Below, piece by piece: positions 12,420 through 24,720 of a stretch of 64,000 bases of DNA (positions within the stretch are counted from its first letter, which is position 1; each line of letters begins with the position of its first letter). Source of the stretch: Camelus dromedarius (taxonomy: Eukaryota); contig NC_087436.1 in assembly GCF_036321535.1 (NCBI RefSeq), forward strand, positions 110,424,001 to 110,488,000. The letters run 5' to 3'. The position numbers and the translations under genes are program-made. The notes beneath the pieces are model-generated. The model had not been told where the DNA came from. It did not search any database and worked only from the letters and a program-made list of their open reading frames with translations.

Positions 12420-12505
12420 AGAGAGAAATAGCCCTGGATTCTAATCCCAGGTTTGCAACCTAATAACTGAGAAGCAGTAGGCAAATTACTTCACCTCTCT
12501 GAGCA
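12420..12505 (+). mobile_element. MIR fragment
   Basis: CCTGGATTCTAATCCCAG...GGCAAATTACTTCACCTCTCTGAGC. Confidence 0.7.
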
Positions 12506-12860
12506 CTGACATGTTTACGTTCCCCTTCCAATTCCCTCTTGTCTCAATGTCAAATTTCATAGCGTTGAAATTTCCAACCATGAGCAAAGTATCCATGGCA
12601 GCTCAGCTTATCCATAGTGTTTAAGAAATACAGTGTTAATACCTGAGTAAATAGAAAAATGCTGCATAAACCAGAAGTCAAAGACAAAATGGACGTAGAG
12701 GCAGAAGGAAAAGGGGGAGAAACTGCAAAACCATGCTCTACCACCAAGCTGTGGATACATTCATGTCTACCTTCAGTTTCTTATCCTGTATCTTCTATGC
12801 AAAGACTACAACTTAGCCTTTTTTCCCCCCTCAAAACACCACTGAATCTCCATATTGATA

Positions 12861-13191
12861 CAATGGCTCCCAAATTTTAGTGTGTATCAGAAGCATCTAA
12901 AGAGCTTGATGAAATGCTAGGCGCATTCCCAATGTTTCAGATTCTGCATGTGTGGGGAATGATCAGAGAATTCATCACACCAGCACATGTATACATGAAG
13001 CTGATTCTGCTGGTCTAGGCCATACTTTGAGAACCACTCTCCAGTACATGATTCTCAAACTTGACTGAATGTTAGAATGAACTTGGGGCTTTATAAAACA
13101 TCAGACTTCTCAGACTAATTATATCAGAATCTTTTGAGGGTGAAACCCAGGCACAGGTATTTTTTTAAAGTTTCCCAGATTAAGAACTACT
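12861..13191. mobile_element. Two adjacent MER5A-type hAT-Charlie elements (about 12861-13039 and 13047-13191)
   Basis: CAATGGCTCCCAAA...ATCAGAA...TTTGAGAACCACT, then CATGATTCTCAAACTTG...ATCAGAATC...AAGAACTACTG. Confidence 0.8.
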
Positions 13192-13789
13192 GTTCGAATG
13201 GGACATGAATGGTTCTCTTTTTGCTCTCTTTAAGACATGATTTCTTAATCATAGCTCTGAAGATATGGTTTGGATCTCCTAGGTTTGCCTTGGAGTCTTT
13301 GCTTGGTGCATAGCAGGCACTTCTTCACTTAAAAGTAGCTGATGTTCTTACTGAAGTAGAAGTTGATTTCCTTAACCTCTCTACTGTAATGAGGAACACC
13401 AGCATCCATTCTTTTGGACACATCTCTCATTCCACAATTTGCATACTGAGTTTTCCTATTTCTTATCTGACATTATTCATTTGCTTATTTGTTTCTTTAC
13501 TTTGCTAGTTCCTTCTCCTCTACTCAACTCCAAGGTTTGCTCTTGGTCTTGTGTATTACTTTCTCCACATTAGAATTTCAGTCATATCCTTCCTCCATGC
13601 AAGTGGTGTTAGCAAATTCCCAACCTTCAGATGACCCCCTGAAATTAGAAGGGAGCTAGACTCCTCTCCCACAAATTACTCCAATCAAATTCCTCTCCCA
13701 CAAATCACTTTCACAAAAATTACTAGTGAAGGTAACTCTTAAGAGTTGTCATCCTGGGAAGCAAAAGTGTAGTTGGACATAGGTAATAA

Positions 13790-14010
13790 CAGCAAAAAGC
13801 CAGTATTTATTGAGCACAAGGTATTGTGCTAAGGCCTTCTTCTCGTGGATCATGTTAGCTATTTTCCACAAGAAATCTATGTCTTAGATACTTTTTAATC
13901 CCTGCTTCACAGAGGAGGAGAGTGAGGTACAAGGAGATTAAATAACTGGTCCAAGGTCATGCTGCTGGTGAAGAGCAAAGAAAGATTTCTATACAGTTAC
14001 TCTCACTTTG
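13790..14010 (-). mobile_element. MIR
   Basis: ATTTATTGAGCAC...CACAGAGGAGGAGAGTGAGGTACAAGGAGATTAAATAACTGGTCCAAGGTCA. Confidence 0.75.
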
Positions 14011-14399
14011 AAAATCAAGATGTAAAAATTCTATTAAGGAAGAGGGTGAAGAGGTTCTAGCAAACGAGAAAGGTACAGAATAAAAAAATACCACATGGAC
14101 ATGGGAAATGATACTCAGATTAAATATAACTCAACAAAGGTATTGAATTGATGAGATTACAATGAAGGAGTAGATGAAAAGACCATCATGGATGTTCATG
14201 GAAAAGGAGGGGCAGGAAAGATTACATGTGTCAGGAAGAATTGGAAGGAAGGAGGAGAGATGGCTGTGGTCCTTGAGTTTGTCAGTGAAAAGAAATCATG
14301 GGTGTTTCCCATGGACCTGATGTAGGAAGACAGGAAACAGAGAACTGACTTGTGATCTTCTTGGTACCTTACCAATAAGTTGGTCTATAGAGGCAGGGG

Positions 14400-14906
14400 A
14401 AACCCAGCACCAGGAAGCTAGATATTATATGAACACTGGTTCGTTAGAGGTTCAGAAAATGCCTGAGGCAAACAGCCCAGATCAAGGAAACTGCAGTCAG
14501 AGGAGGCAATGAGGGTCCTGACAAAAGGCCAAAAACTGACCCTACAATAAAGAAAGATATAGCTTTATACATAAGACGGGACCTGAGAACACAAAGCCAG
14601 CTACATGAGAATCAATCAATTGTTCTTTCTTATGTGTTATCACATCTCCATTCCTTTCCTTTAAACTTGGACTCTCAGAATTCTGGAAGCAAACAAATGG
14701 GGGTGAAGGAGGAAAAGCAGGCAGAGAAATAGGATCAACCAGTCAATTACAGGCTCACACCCTGAAGCAGGTTAGAATATGAGGAGGAGAGAAGATTGAC
14801 GTTAAACCATGTTCAGAGTTTTGATGAATAATTTACACTGGATGCCAAATTTCTGAATTAAGATAGTATTTATTTTGTAAAGTGACTATCAGACTGCATT
14901 TTACCT
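14400..14906 (+). mobile_element. Ancient LTR (LTR78/79-like)
   Basis: AGTTTTGATGAATAATTTACACTGGA...CTGAATTAAGA...AAAGTGACTATCAGACT...TTACCTAA resembles the LTR78 3' part from memory. Confidence 0.4.
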
Positions 14907-15595
14907 AATATCGAATATAGTTCCCTGTGCTCTATAGTAAGGACTTGTTGTTTATCTATTTTATATATAGTAGTTAGTATCTGCAAATCTTGGACTCTCA
15001 ATTTATTCCTTCCCACCCCCTTCCCCTACCCCCACCCCAGTAACCATAAGTTTGTTTCTTCTGTCTGTGAGTCTGTTTCTTTTTGTAAATACGTTTCTTT
15101 GTTTTTTTTTTAAGATTCCACATATAAGTGATATCATATGGTATTATCACATCACACCAGTCAGAATGGCCATCATTAAAAAGTCCACAAACAATAAATG
15201 CTGGAGAGGCTGTGGAGAAAAGGGAACCTTCCTACACTGTTGGTGGGCATGTAGTTTGGTGCAGCCATTATGGAAAACAGTATGGAGATTCCTCAAAAGA
15301 CTGAAAATAGACTTACCATATGATCCAGCAATCCCACTCCTGGGCATATATCCAGAGGGAACCTTAATTCAAAAAGATACATGCACCCCAATGTTCATAG
15401 CAGCACTATTCACAATAGCCAAGACATGGAAGCAACCTAAGTGTCCAATGACAGATGACTGGATAAAGAAGATGTGGTATACTTATACAATGGAATACTA
15501 CTCAGCCATAAAAAAGAATAAAATAGTGCCATTTTCAGCAACATGATGTATCTGGTGATTGTCATTCTAAGTGAAGTAAGTCAGAGAAAAAAAAA
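14907..15595 (-). mobile_element. 5'-inverted L1 (3'UTR on - strand 14907-15145; ORF2 C-terminus on + strand 15145-15595); poly(A) end missing
   Basis: ORF 15052-15546 reads [34 protein letters not shown]...[13 protein letters not shown] (L1 ORF2 C-terminal domain). Confidence 0.92.
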
Positions 15596-16009
15596 TCAAA
15601 ATGTAGGTGTGTTTTGATGAAGCCATGATTTGTGCTTATTTAATACACTGTTCACACATGTATAACAGAGGTCTCAGGTGATAGTTTCATTATGTTCACC
15701 CTAGAATTCTTACAAGGTTGTCTGGAGGAGTTAAAAACAAGGCCTGCCAGAAGTTGTTTGCTATAAAAAGAGAGAAGGCTTCTACAGTGTGGAAACCATA
15801 ACTCAAGAGAACAGATCATGAATTTTCAAAGATTTGGTTCAAGAAATGTGATGTCACATTGGATAGGAGAGATGTCTCAGTGTATCTACCTGTTTCTGCC
15901 ATTCAGATTGTCTTTCAATCTACTATGTGTCCTTATGAGTAATCAGCAATAAAAAAGTAATTTCCTCCTTACATTTCTAAGTAATGTGGTGGGTACCAGG
16001 ATCCATGGG

Positions 16010-16535
16010 ATATATTTGGTCAGGTTTGAGAAACAGAAGCTACTTTAGAGATTTCAAGCAGGAAAGGATTGAATACCCAGAATTTGGTGCCAGTAGTACC
16101 GTTAGAAAGGCTAGAGGAGATCAGGGAAAATCAGAGAAGGCTGACACTAGCTCTCAGGTTGACCTGACCAGCCTTCTGAGAATCAGCAAGTTTCAACCAG
16201 GTCAGGAACTCCAGGAAACCACTGTCAGATAGTCACTGCTGCCTGGAACAGTGAGGCTGGTGACTTTAAAAGTGTTCCTAAAAATTACTGCTGAACCTCA
16301 CATCTGCTAAAGATCAGGTGCTACCTACCTACCATTGACAAAGAAGTATCATGGCTTCTGCTTCCTCCCACCTTCCTACACTAATGCAGTGCCATTCATT
16401 AGAAAAAGGTAAACCAGAAACACACAGTGAGAAACACTGGGAAGTGTAGTTCCTGGCCTTTTAGGCCCTAAGACACCGAAGAAAGCATAAGAAGGACACT
16501 GAGGAAGGTTCTGAAGACCATCATGCAATCCAGTA
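16010..16535 (-). mobile_element. Very old MaLR/ERVL-type LTR
   Basis: AGAAACAGAAGCTACTTTAGAGATTTCAAGCAGGAAAGG...CTGGGAAGTGTAGTTCC. Confidence 0.45.
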
Positions 16536-16616
16536 CAAGGTAATCCCAATATAAGAGATTACACATTGGCTTATATCAGTCAATACTTTCAAATAAAATA
16601 ATAAAAATAAATACAC

Positions 16617-16826
16617 CTGGTATTCAGCATAATGCTTCAAACATGAACATATGTATATTCGTTTTCGTATTCTTTTTTTTACCATAAGTTAGTACAAGGT
16701 ATTGAATATAGGTTCCCTGTGCTATGCAGTATAAACCTGTTTATGTATTTTATATAAATTGACACAACATTGTAAACTGACTTCAATAAAAAAATACTTC
16801 AATAAAAATATATATATACAAAAAAA
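16617..16826 (+). mobile_element. Miniature 5'-inverted L1 3' end (inverted 16617-16756; sense tail 16756-16826)
   Basis: Antisense of L1 3'UTR (ATTGAATATAGGTTCCCTGTGCTATGCAGTA) joined to AAATTGACACAACATTGTAAACTGAC...AATAAA plus A-rich tail. Confidence 0.85.
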
Positions 16827-17589
16827 TGCGTCTGTTTGCAACTGTGATTCTGAAAAGGTCTATGTTTGATCACCTTCAAGCAGGTTTGAGGTTTTCCAGA
16901 GATGTTAGGCGCTCCCTTTCACCACTGCCACATCCTCTGAGAAAGCATTTGACAAATACGCAAAGCCAGACACACAGAAACGGGTGCAGAGGACCATGTT
17001 CAGAAACAAGGAACCCATACAAGCCCAGAAACAGGCAAATGCACATCATGCCCCACACTGTTCCTGATCACAGACAAACTCTGTACTGGCCGGAGTGGAC
17101 GTGGCCCTCAGTCAAATCCATGCCCTTTAGCACCATAAAGGTATCAGAACTTAACAAGCAAAAGTGAGAGTTCTAAGGAAATTCTAATTCTAATTTAATC
17201 CTTCGTCAGATACCAATTTTGATTGAGGTTTAGTTAATCTTAGTGAAATATTTATTTCAAAATCTCTCTATATAGAGCATATTTTCCCTTTAGATGATTT
17301 AAAAAACCAATAATTTGAAACGCAGTATTGCAATAGATTTGAAAATCAAAGAAGCGAGTCCTGTGCTATTGATCCTGCTTTCTCCATTCTACCAGTTCCT
17401 CTCACCCCCAGTCAACCCGCTCCCTGCCACCTCGGTTTTTATTTCTTAAATTTAGACCTCATTATGTCTCATTTGTTTAAACATTAAAAAAGTAACTTCA
17501 GACATTTAAATAACAAACGTTATTTTAAAAATAGCATTTAAAAAAGCAACTCTCTTAACAATATCTACAAGACATTTTAGAATCAAGTC

Positions 17590-17750
17590 ACTATCAACCT
17601 CTCTAGCCTCAATTCTTACCTTGTTCTTCAATTTCATCTATAAATGGACCAGTTCATCCCTTCCTATAAATACCATTGTGAGGGTTAAATCAGATGGCAT
17701 GGGTAAAGCACATAGACAGTACCTGGAACATAGCAGTTGCTTCGTAAGTC
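17590..17750 (+). mobile_element. MIR
   Basis: TTTCATCTATAAATGG...TTGTGAGGGTTAAATCAGATG...ACAGTACCTGGAACATAG. Confidence 0.75.
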
Positions 17751-17784
17751 ATCTTCAAATACATCCTTTATGACGTATTCACAT

Positions 17785-17980
17785 AGATGTTTTAATCTTC
17801 TTCAACATTCATAGGGACCCTTTGAGGAAAGTAGATGAGATATTTAACATCTCCATTTTTAAAATTAAGAAACCGAGGCTCAGGGAGTTTATGTGGCTTG
17901 CTAAAAGTCCTACAGCTGGTAAGCGGAGGAGCTAATACGTAAATTCACTTCTGAATACAAGTGAGTACCTGCCTCGCTAC
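17785..17980 (-). mobile_element. MIR
   Basis: CTCCATTTTAAAATTAAGAAACCGAGGCTCAGGGAG...ACAGCTGGTAAGCGG. Confidence 0.8.
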
Positions 17981-18054
17981 CGTGCACTCCTTCCCCTACT
18001 GACTTACGAAAAGCTGCATTTAGGAAGGTTGTTCTTTGCCCCACTACCAGCGCC

Positions 18055-18485
18055 TGTGCTAGACATTTGCACATTTTCTCTCAGATCCATTCCCCAATCA
18101 CAGTGGGCTGACGCTGTAAACTTTTCCCAAGCTGCCCTAACCATAGGCTTCTGACTATGTGCAGAGAATGGGGGGCACTGGTGGAGACTGAAGGCAGGTG
18201 GGAGGGAGAATCTAGACTCTTACTGTCTCTCTCGTGTCTGATAGTGGTTGCATCTCCTATATGGTCCCAGACCCTTCCAGTCAACTCCGACTGATGCCCA
18301 GGGCCCAGCGGGCCGCTTTGTCTCCCGGGCCCCAGTGATACTACCTTCTCACGTTGTTTTATCTGCTGCTAACTCTGGCTGCTGCTTAGTTCCCTGTTTA
18401 GCCTTTCAGCTGTTCTAAAACCCCTGTATTAATTCTCTGATATTGAACAGTAGTATGTTTCCCTAACTAGACCTTAATTCATAAA
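18055..18485 (+). mobile_element. LTR33-like ERVL LTR
   Basis: GGCACTGGTGGAGACTGAAGGCAGGTGGGAGGGAGAA...GTGGTTGCATCTCC...TTTCCCTAACTAGACC. Confidence 0.6.
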
Positions 18486-18579
18486 ATAGCCACACAAAGA
18501 ATTTAGATATTTCAATTCAACTGGAAGATTGGAATTACAGCCTCCATTTAAATCAACTCATAACATTAGACACTCAAAT

Positions 18580-19077
18580 GTTCTTTATTGCCTGGGGCCG
18601 ACAATATCCACTCTCCTCTCTCCCACCCTCACAGAACTTTGATTTGTTGGATGTGACAATGTATACAACAAAAACTCTGCATTTCTCAGGTTCACTGTCT
18701 GGTGGAAGTGGCCACACGATTAAATTCTAGCTAATGAGATGTAAGCAGAAGTGGCAGTTGGCTTTTGGAGAAAAGGCCTAAAAACCGCTCAATTGCTATG
18801 CAACTTTGTATTCCCTCTTCCTGCAGCTTGCTCCCTGACTGGGATGCAGACATGATGACTAGAGCTAAGCAGTCATCTGTGACCATGAGCAGATTTGGAG
18901 GGTATCATTTACTAAGAGTGAAGAACAAAAATATAAAAAACCCTGGGTCATTTAAGATGTGCATGAAGCACATCTACTGACACGGGACCACCTATATCCT
19001 CATATTGCGTGAGAATCACTATTTCCTTGGTGTCTGGATCTGTCACTCAATACCACATGCAATTTCAAACTGGTACA
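18580..19077 (+). mobile_element. MLT1J/K-like MaLR LTR
   Basis: TGGCCACACGATTAAATTCTAGCTAATGAGATGTAAGCAGAAGT...CTGGGATGCAGACATGATGACTAGAGCT. Confidence 0.75.
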
Positions 19078-19094
19078 AAGCTAAACCTCACTAT

Positions 19095-19690
19095 TCTTGC
19101 ATTTATTCATTGGTTTTGTTCACTCATTCCTGCTTCATGTCAGATACCATGCAAGAGCATGGGTATATAAAAATAGATAATGCAGAGATCCTGCCTTTAG
19201 GAATGTCACAGCACAGCGAGCAGTCTGACACGAAAATAGGTCATTACAATTGCAGAGGGGCAGCTGAGTGCACTAAGTAGTGTTTAATGAATACAGAAGG
19301 AGAGTATCAAAGTCTAACGTTCTTGGAGTCAGGCATGGCTTCCTGGGGAGGTCATGGCAAACTGAACCTCTGAGGATCATTAGGAACTAGCGGATTGGGG
19401 GTGCTGCCCCAAAGCATAGTCGGGGAGGGGAAGTGGGTCATGGAAACGGGGAACATTACAGGCAGAGATGAATGGTAGGAAGTGGGAAACATGTTGACAT
19501 GTGGAACTTCCAGCGGTCTGATTTTGTTAGTGAGTGAAGCACAAACCAGAGCAGTGACAGTTGAGTCAAGATTAGTCAGCGCTCGGTTATTACAGAGCTC
19601 CCCGCACCACAACGCAGAGCTCACACTTGGCCCCAAAGGCAAAGGGGAGTCATAGATGCTCTTTGATGTCCTTTAAGCCAGGTGTGACAC
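19095..19690 (-). mobile_element. L2 fragment
   Basis: TGTCAGATACCATGC...CCTGCCTTTAGGAATGTCACAG...AGTCAGGCATGGCTTCCTGGGGAGGT. Confidence 0.65.
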
Positions 19691-20858
19691 TACTGTCAAA
19701 GATTACTGTTGTCCCTCAAACAGCTGATGGGCTCATAAATAACTCAACACATGGAGGAGTTAATTGTGTCCCCAGTTGCTGTGGTACAGGCTGGTTTCTC
19801 CATGAGTGACCATCGGTAAAAGCTGACCAAGATATAAGATGCAGTCGGGGACTGAGGGAAGGAAGTCTTCTATAAATTGTGAGTGTCCAGAAGCACGTGC
19901 CATTTCTTCTGGAGTGTTATTTTCTCAATAACTATCTCATGCATAAATAAACAAATGAATAATATGTATGAGGAATAATGTTTCCCCCCGACACTCCCAG
20001 AAGCAGATAGTGAATCAACAGCCTTTAGCTGCACCTACCGTGTGAGCAGGCCTCCATTCTCTGCCCCAGGGGACTGGGTGCCTCATGTAACACAGCACTT
20101 AGCTTTTTGTTGCCAACTCAGGAGCAAAGGATTCTGCATGCATGAAAATAAACCTGGTGGCTTTTATTTCCTTGTAGGCTTGGAGTTCTCCTAGGAAGAG
20201 TTCTAAAACAGTAGCCCAGTGAAACTGACCCCAGGTTTCCTGCACTCGCTTGCAGTCTCTTCTTCTGCCCTCACCTATTAACAAAGAAATGCAAACATTC
20301 GAGCGCCAGAGGGAAAAAACTGAATCTTGAGATTAAATTCAGCCGTTGGGGAAAACTGTTTTGAAATCTAAAAGGGATTTTTTCCTTTAAGTTAGTACTG
20401 TATAGTTTCCCTTGAGGGAGGCCAGAAAGAGAAGCGTTTGGAGAAATGCAGTCTCTCTGCAACCTGGTATGCAGGGAGAAGAAACCCAAAGAATATAGCG
20501 AGTGGTGGAAGAGTAAGAGAGCGGTCTAGGTCTCTGGGATGCGTGGAAAGAAGAGAAGAAGAAAAAAAGAAGATGCTCAGTTTTGGTCACTGGAAAGGAA
20601 CTTTGGAGACAAACACCAAAATGACTGTAGATGATCTATCTCTCTCTAAAATTTCACATCTAGCCAATAAAATCTAGCCAAGTGGATTGTGATCCTCTTG
20701 GAATCATTGTTTTGCCCAGGTGTTGACTAACATGGTCTTTAAAGTTTCAATGAATGAGAAAAGTTAAGATGGAAGGAAGATAGGAAAAAGGAAAGAAGGC
20801 ACGGAGGGAAGAAGAAAACTTTAGAACTTCTAGGGAAAAACATTGAGGCAATGACATT

Positions 20859-21194
20859 TGTCTTGGTTTCAGCTGCTATAACAAAGTATTGTAGACTGGG
20901 CAGCTTATAAACAGCAGAAACTTACTTCTTACAGTTCTGGAGGCTGAAAGTCTAAGATTAGGGTGGAAGCATGGTCACCTTCTGGTAAGGACCCTCTGCC
21001 GGGTTGCAGAGTGCCTACTTCTCATTGTATTTTCACATGACAAAGAGGAGAGAGAAGTAAGTTCTCTCCTGACTCGTATAGGGACACTAATCGCATTCAT
21101 GAGGGCTCCACCCTCATGGCCTCATCTCATCCTAACTATTTTCCAAAGCCTCCACTATGAATTTGGAAGGGGCACAAACATTCAGTCTATAACA
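20859..21194 (-). mobile_element. MLT1A-like MaLR solo LTR
   Basis: TGTCTT...GCTGCTATAACAAA...CAGTTCTGGAGGCTG...CATGAGGGCTCCACCCTCATG...ACAAACATTCAGTCTATAACA. Confidence 0.9.
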
Positions 21195-21269
21195 ACACAA
21201 TTGAAAAACAACCTTTTCAAAGTAGAAAATAGAGTGGACCAAATTATATGTCACCACTAAGTACAGTGT

Positions 21270-21450
21270 AGGGGTAATAAGGTTCACATTAGAGCTCTTT
21301 ACCTTATAAGCTATGTGATGTTAGCTAATTTATTTAACCTCATTAAGTCTCAGTTTCATCAGTTTCATCATCTGTTAAATGGGCATAGTGTCTTCATCAC
21401 AAAATTAGTAAGAGATTTTAATGAGATTACATTTGTAAATACAATGGAAC
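21270..21450 (+). mobile_element. MIR
   Basis: TTATTTAACCTC...CTCAGTTTCATCAGTTTCATCATCTGTTAAATGGG. Confidence 0.75.
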
Positions 21451-23119
21451 ATTTGTCCTCAAGGGCTGCTGGAGCAGGGGAAAAATAAGCATGCAGAAAT
21501 CACTTCTACTTTTAAATTTCTTAGGCTTATCTGGCTAGTTAGTGAGACTATATAATCGAGAAAACAACCTTACCCACTTAAGTAGTACAAAGACTATGCG
21601 TTTTCCCTACATCATGAAATAGTGTTAAGCTAATTATGTCACATTAATGAATGACTTTGCAACGTTGTCCTGAGTCTTTTAATACATTTGAATGTGAACT
21701 CCAAACCCAAGTTTCTAATTTTGTAATGCCATGAGCCCATACATAGAAAATTAGGAATATATGGTACAGAGTCAGCAGACGGGAATCTGGGGACAAGCCA
21801 TACTTGGGTGTCCTGCATAGGTGTGCAACAGAAACACAAGGGAGTGGCTATAGAGTAAGAAAAGAGGCAGCAGTGAATAGCTTCCTTTTAACCAAAGCGG
21901 TAAAACAAGAGAGCTCTCAACTGGGTGGATGCATAAAGCATCTTGTACTTGATCCTCTGTTTGGAGTGCTCTTTGGCAGCCTTACTCAGGGTTGTTTTGA
22001 CAGAATGTAGAAGTAGGAAGGTGTCTAAGCCAGAGGCAAGTGAAGCGAGCTGTGACTATTGCAAATTTTTGGAGAACTTTGGCTGTGCTGTGCAGAAAGT
22101 AGAGATAAAAATCTCCGTAGTTTCCCTCTATTCCATACTACTCCCATTCCACTTGGAACACCACTGATTCACTTTGTCTAGGAGCAAGGGAGACAGCAAG
22201 AGAAAGAAATAGTGTGTAGAGTAATCAGGCACGTATAGCACATACATCTGGTTGGATAATGCACAGATCCTAAGGGGGCCCTAATTTAATAATACACTTA
22301 ATGCTCAATATCCTTCTCTTTCTTTAAACAAAGTAAGAAAATGGATAGACTAATGTATTTTTGTGTCCTAATTCAAGTTCCAAAATGGCAACATATTCTT
22401 TATGCGTTTTCCCTGCCAAAAATACTAAACCTTTTATAAATGTCTATTTAAAAGTCCACAAAGGACATGTTCACAAATACATAAATATGGAAATTGTCAA
22501 GTTTTGATTATGCCCCAAATCAGGATCCACTTAGCAGCTATTTCTTTTCTCCGGTACAGAAATATCTCTCGGATATGCATTTGTCATGAAACCCATGTCA
22601 TATTTCTTCTACGTAAATTAAAATGTGACAATCACTTCCACCTTCCCACAAAGTCAGCATGCCAGCAGCAGTGGTCAAAAACTACTGGAGCGTTTTCCCT
22701 TCTCATACCATCTCTTATTCTGTAACATGCATTACAGATACTGAAATTGCTTTCCCTTATTTTTCCAATAAAATCTAATGTTTACCGAATATTGACACTA
22801 TTGAGAAAAAGTGATATCAGCTGCCCTATTTTCAACACAAATGCTTTCTATTAGTCAAGCAACAAGTTCCAAAACATGCTTTAAGTAATGGTCATAGAGG
22901 TTTATTTTTTATCTCAATAGCAATACATTTTATTTTCTAAGACATTGACAAAAATGTCTATGCTATTCAAGGAAGGAAAGTTCTTGGATATTATGTTTTA
23001 TAGAAGAGCACTTTTTTACTAGACACCACGCTACTCAGGATAAACTTTTATTCCTGATCAATAAGACAACTTCACAGTGTTTTCCTTACCCATCACTTAA
23101 CTCTCAGCTTTGTTTAGAG

Positions 23120-23880
23120 TTCTCTCCTTGGCTCTCTTTCCATTGTTTTTCCTAATCGTGACCTATGGGTAACTTCATTGATTCTCAAGATTTCAAGTTG
23201 AGTCTGTGTGCTTATTTCTCTCCAAGCAACGTTATTCTCTTTCAAACTCCAGCCACATACCTCCAACAGTCACATTTAACTCAAAGTAAAATATGAAGTA
23301 ATTATCTTTACCCCAAAATCTGCTCCAGTTCCAAAATATTTGGTAAATATGTACACCATCCTCTCAAGTACAACAACCAGAAACTTTAAAGTCATTTCTC
23401 TCTTCTAGTCATCCACCACCACAAACCCTTTATCAAATCTTACTTTCTCCAAGAAATTACCCAGTTTAGCTTATCCTCTTCATCTTCAATGCTATCCTCA
23501 TAATGAACCCTCTCTTCCAGGTAAGTGCAACAGTTTCTTGTCTACTATTCTCTCTCCACAAGTCTCTTATCTCTCCAGTCCATCTTGGACACTCTTCTCA
23601 GAGCTGCTTATATAGAATAAATATGTTCATGTACTCACCTTGAAAACCTTCATTGATTCCCAATCATTTCCAATACAAAGTCCAAAATCCTTAGCATGAT
23701 CCTTTACAGTCTATTCCCAAACTGTCTCTGCAGACTCATCTGCCACCTGAACTTCACAGTTATTCAAAACCTCCTTCCATTTTATGAATCTGTGCCCTCT
23801 ATTCATGTAGCTCCTTGTGCCTAAAATATCCTTACCTACTTCGTCCCACTAGTAAACTCTTAGATACTTTTCAAAATTTG
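23120..23880 (+). mobile_element. L2 fragment
   Basis: Pyrimidine-rich; AAAACCTTCATTGATTCCCAAT...AAAGTCCAAAATCCTTAGCATG. Confidence 0.7.
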
Positions 23881-24276
23881 TGATAGGAACAGCAAGTGCT
23901 CACCCTTATCTGTGTTCTCCTCTTCTTGCTTAGCACAGTCATAGATGTGAGGCCACCATATGACCAAGCTCCGGACAATGAAATGTGGGCAGAAATGGTA
24001 TTTGCCATTTCTAGGTATGCTTCCCCAAATTATCTGCATGATTCTCTGTGAGGAATCTCTTCTGCTCATAAGGTAACAGAGTCAAGGGAAAGCCCATGAT
24101 GCTTCAGAATATGATTTCAAGAACTCTGACTCACTGGATGACTTCACAGATCAATGTTCCCTGCCGATCAGCATTGCAACTGTGACCTAAGCAAGAAATA
24201 AACTTTTACATGTCTCAGTCATCAATATTTAGGAATTGTTTGTTACAGCAGCTTTTATTACTTACCCTAACTTATA
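23880..24276 (+). mobile_element. Old MaLR LTR (MLT1I/J-like)
   Basis: GGCCACCATATGACCAAGCTCCGGACAATGAAATGTGGGCAGAA...AGCAAGAAATAAACTTT...TTGTTTGTTACAGCAGC. Confidence 0.75.
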
Positions 24277-24429
24277 GAATGACCTAATAGGGTGAGCATC
24301 CTCAGAGAACTTCAAAGAGAATGATAGCTCTTTTCAATATGCTATCATGTTAACCAGCTCATGTCCCCTTACAAAAACATAACATTCTGTACTTTACTTT
24401 TTCCGCTAAGTTGTGTTTTATAAGTGATA

Positions 24430-24720
24430 CTTTCCCAAGGAACATTGTCGAAGAGGAGATAATAGGAATGTTCTTTTAAAAATGAGTTTCACGAGCAAAT
24501 ACATTTGGGAAAGACTGGCTTAAACAAAGTTAAATAAGTACATGTGATGATGGAGTACATTTAATTACAGACATCTCAGTCTTTAATGTACTAAAGAGCT
24601 TTGGGAATCTCCAAGAGGATTTAGAGCATGCTGAGTTTTCCAAACCTCTCTAATCAATGAATCCTTTTTCAAGGCACATTCATCAATAATCCTTTAAACA
24701 GGTTTTCAACTGATACACTA
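24430..24720. mobile_element. Ancient hAT-Charlie-type element related to 387-612
   Basis: AATACATTTGGGAAAGACTGGCTTAAACAAAG; CTAAAGAGCTTTGGGAATCTCCAAGAGG. Confidence 0.45.

Noticed and set aside
15052..15546. Longest ORF (164 aa) as a gene
   Set aside because: Chimera across the L1 inversion junction: antisense 3'UTR fused to the ORF2 C-terminus, with a TTG start.
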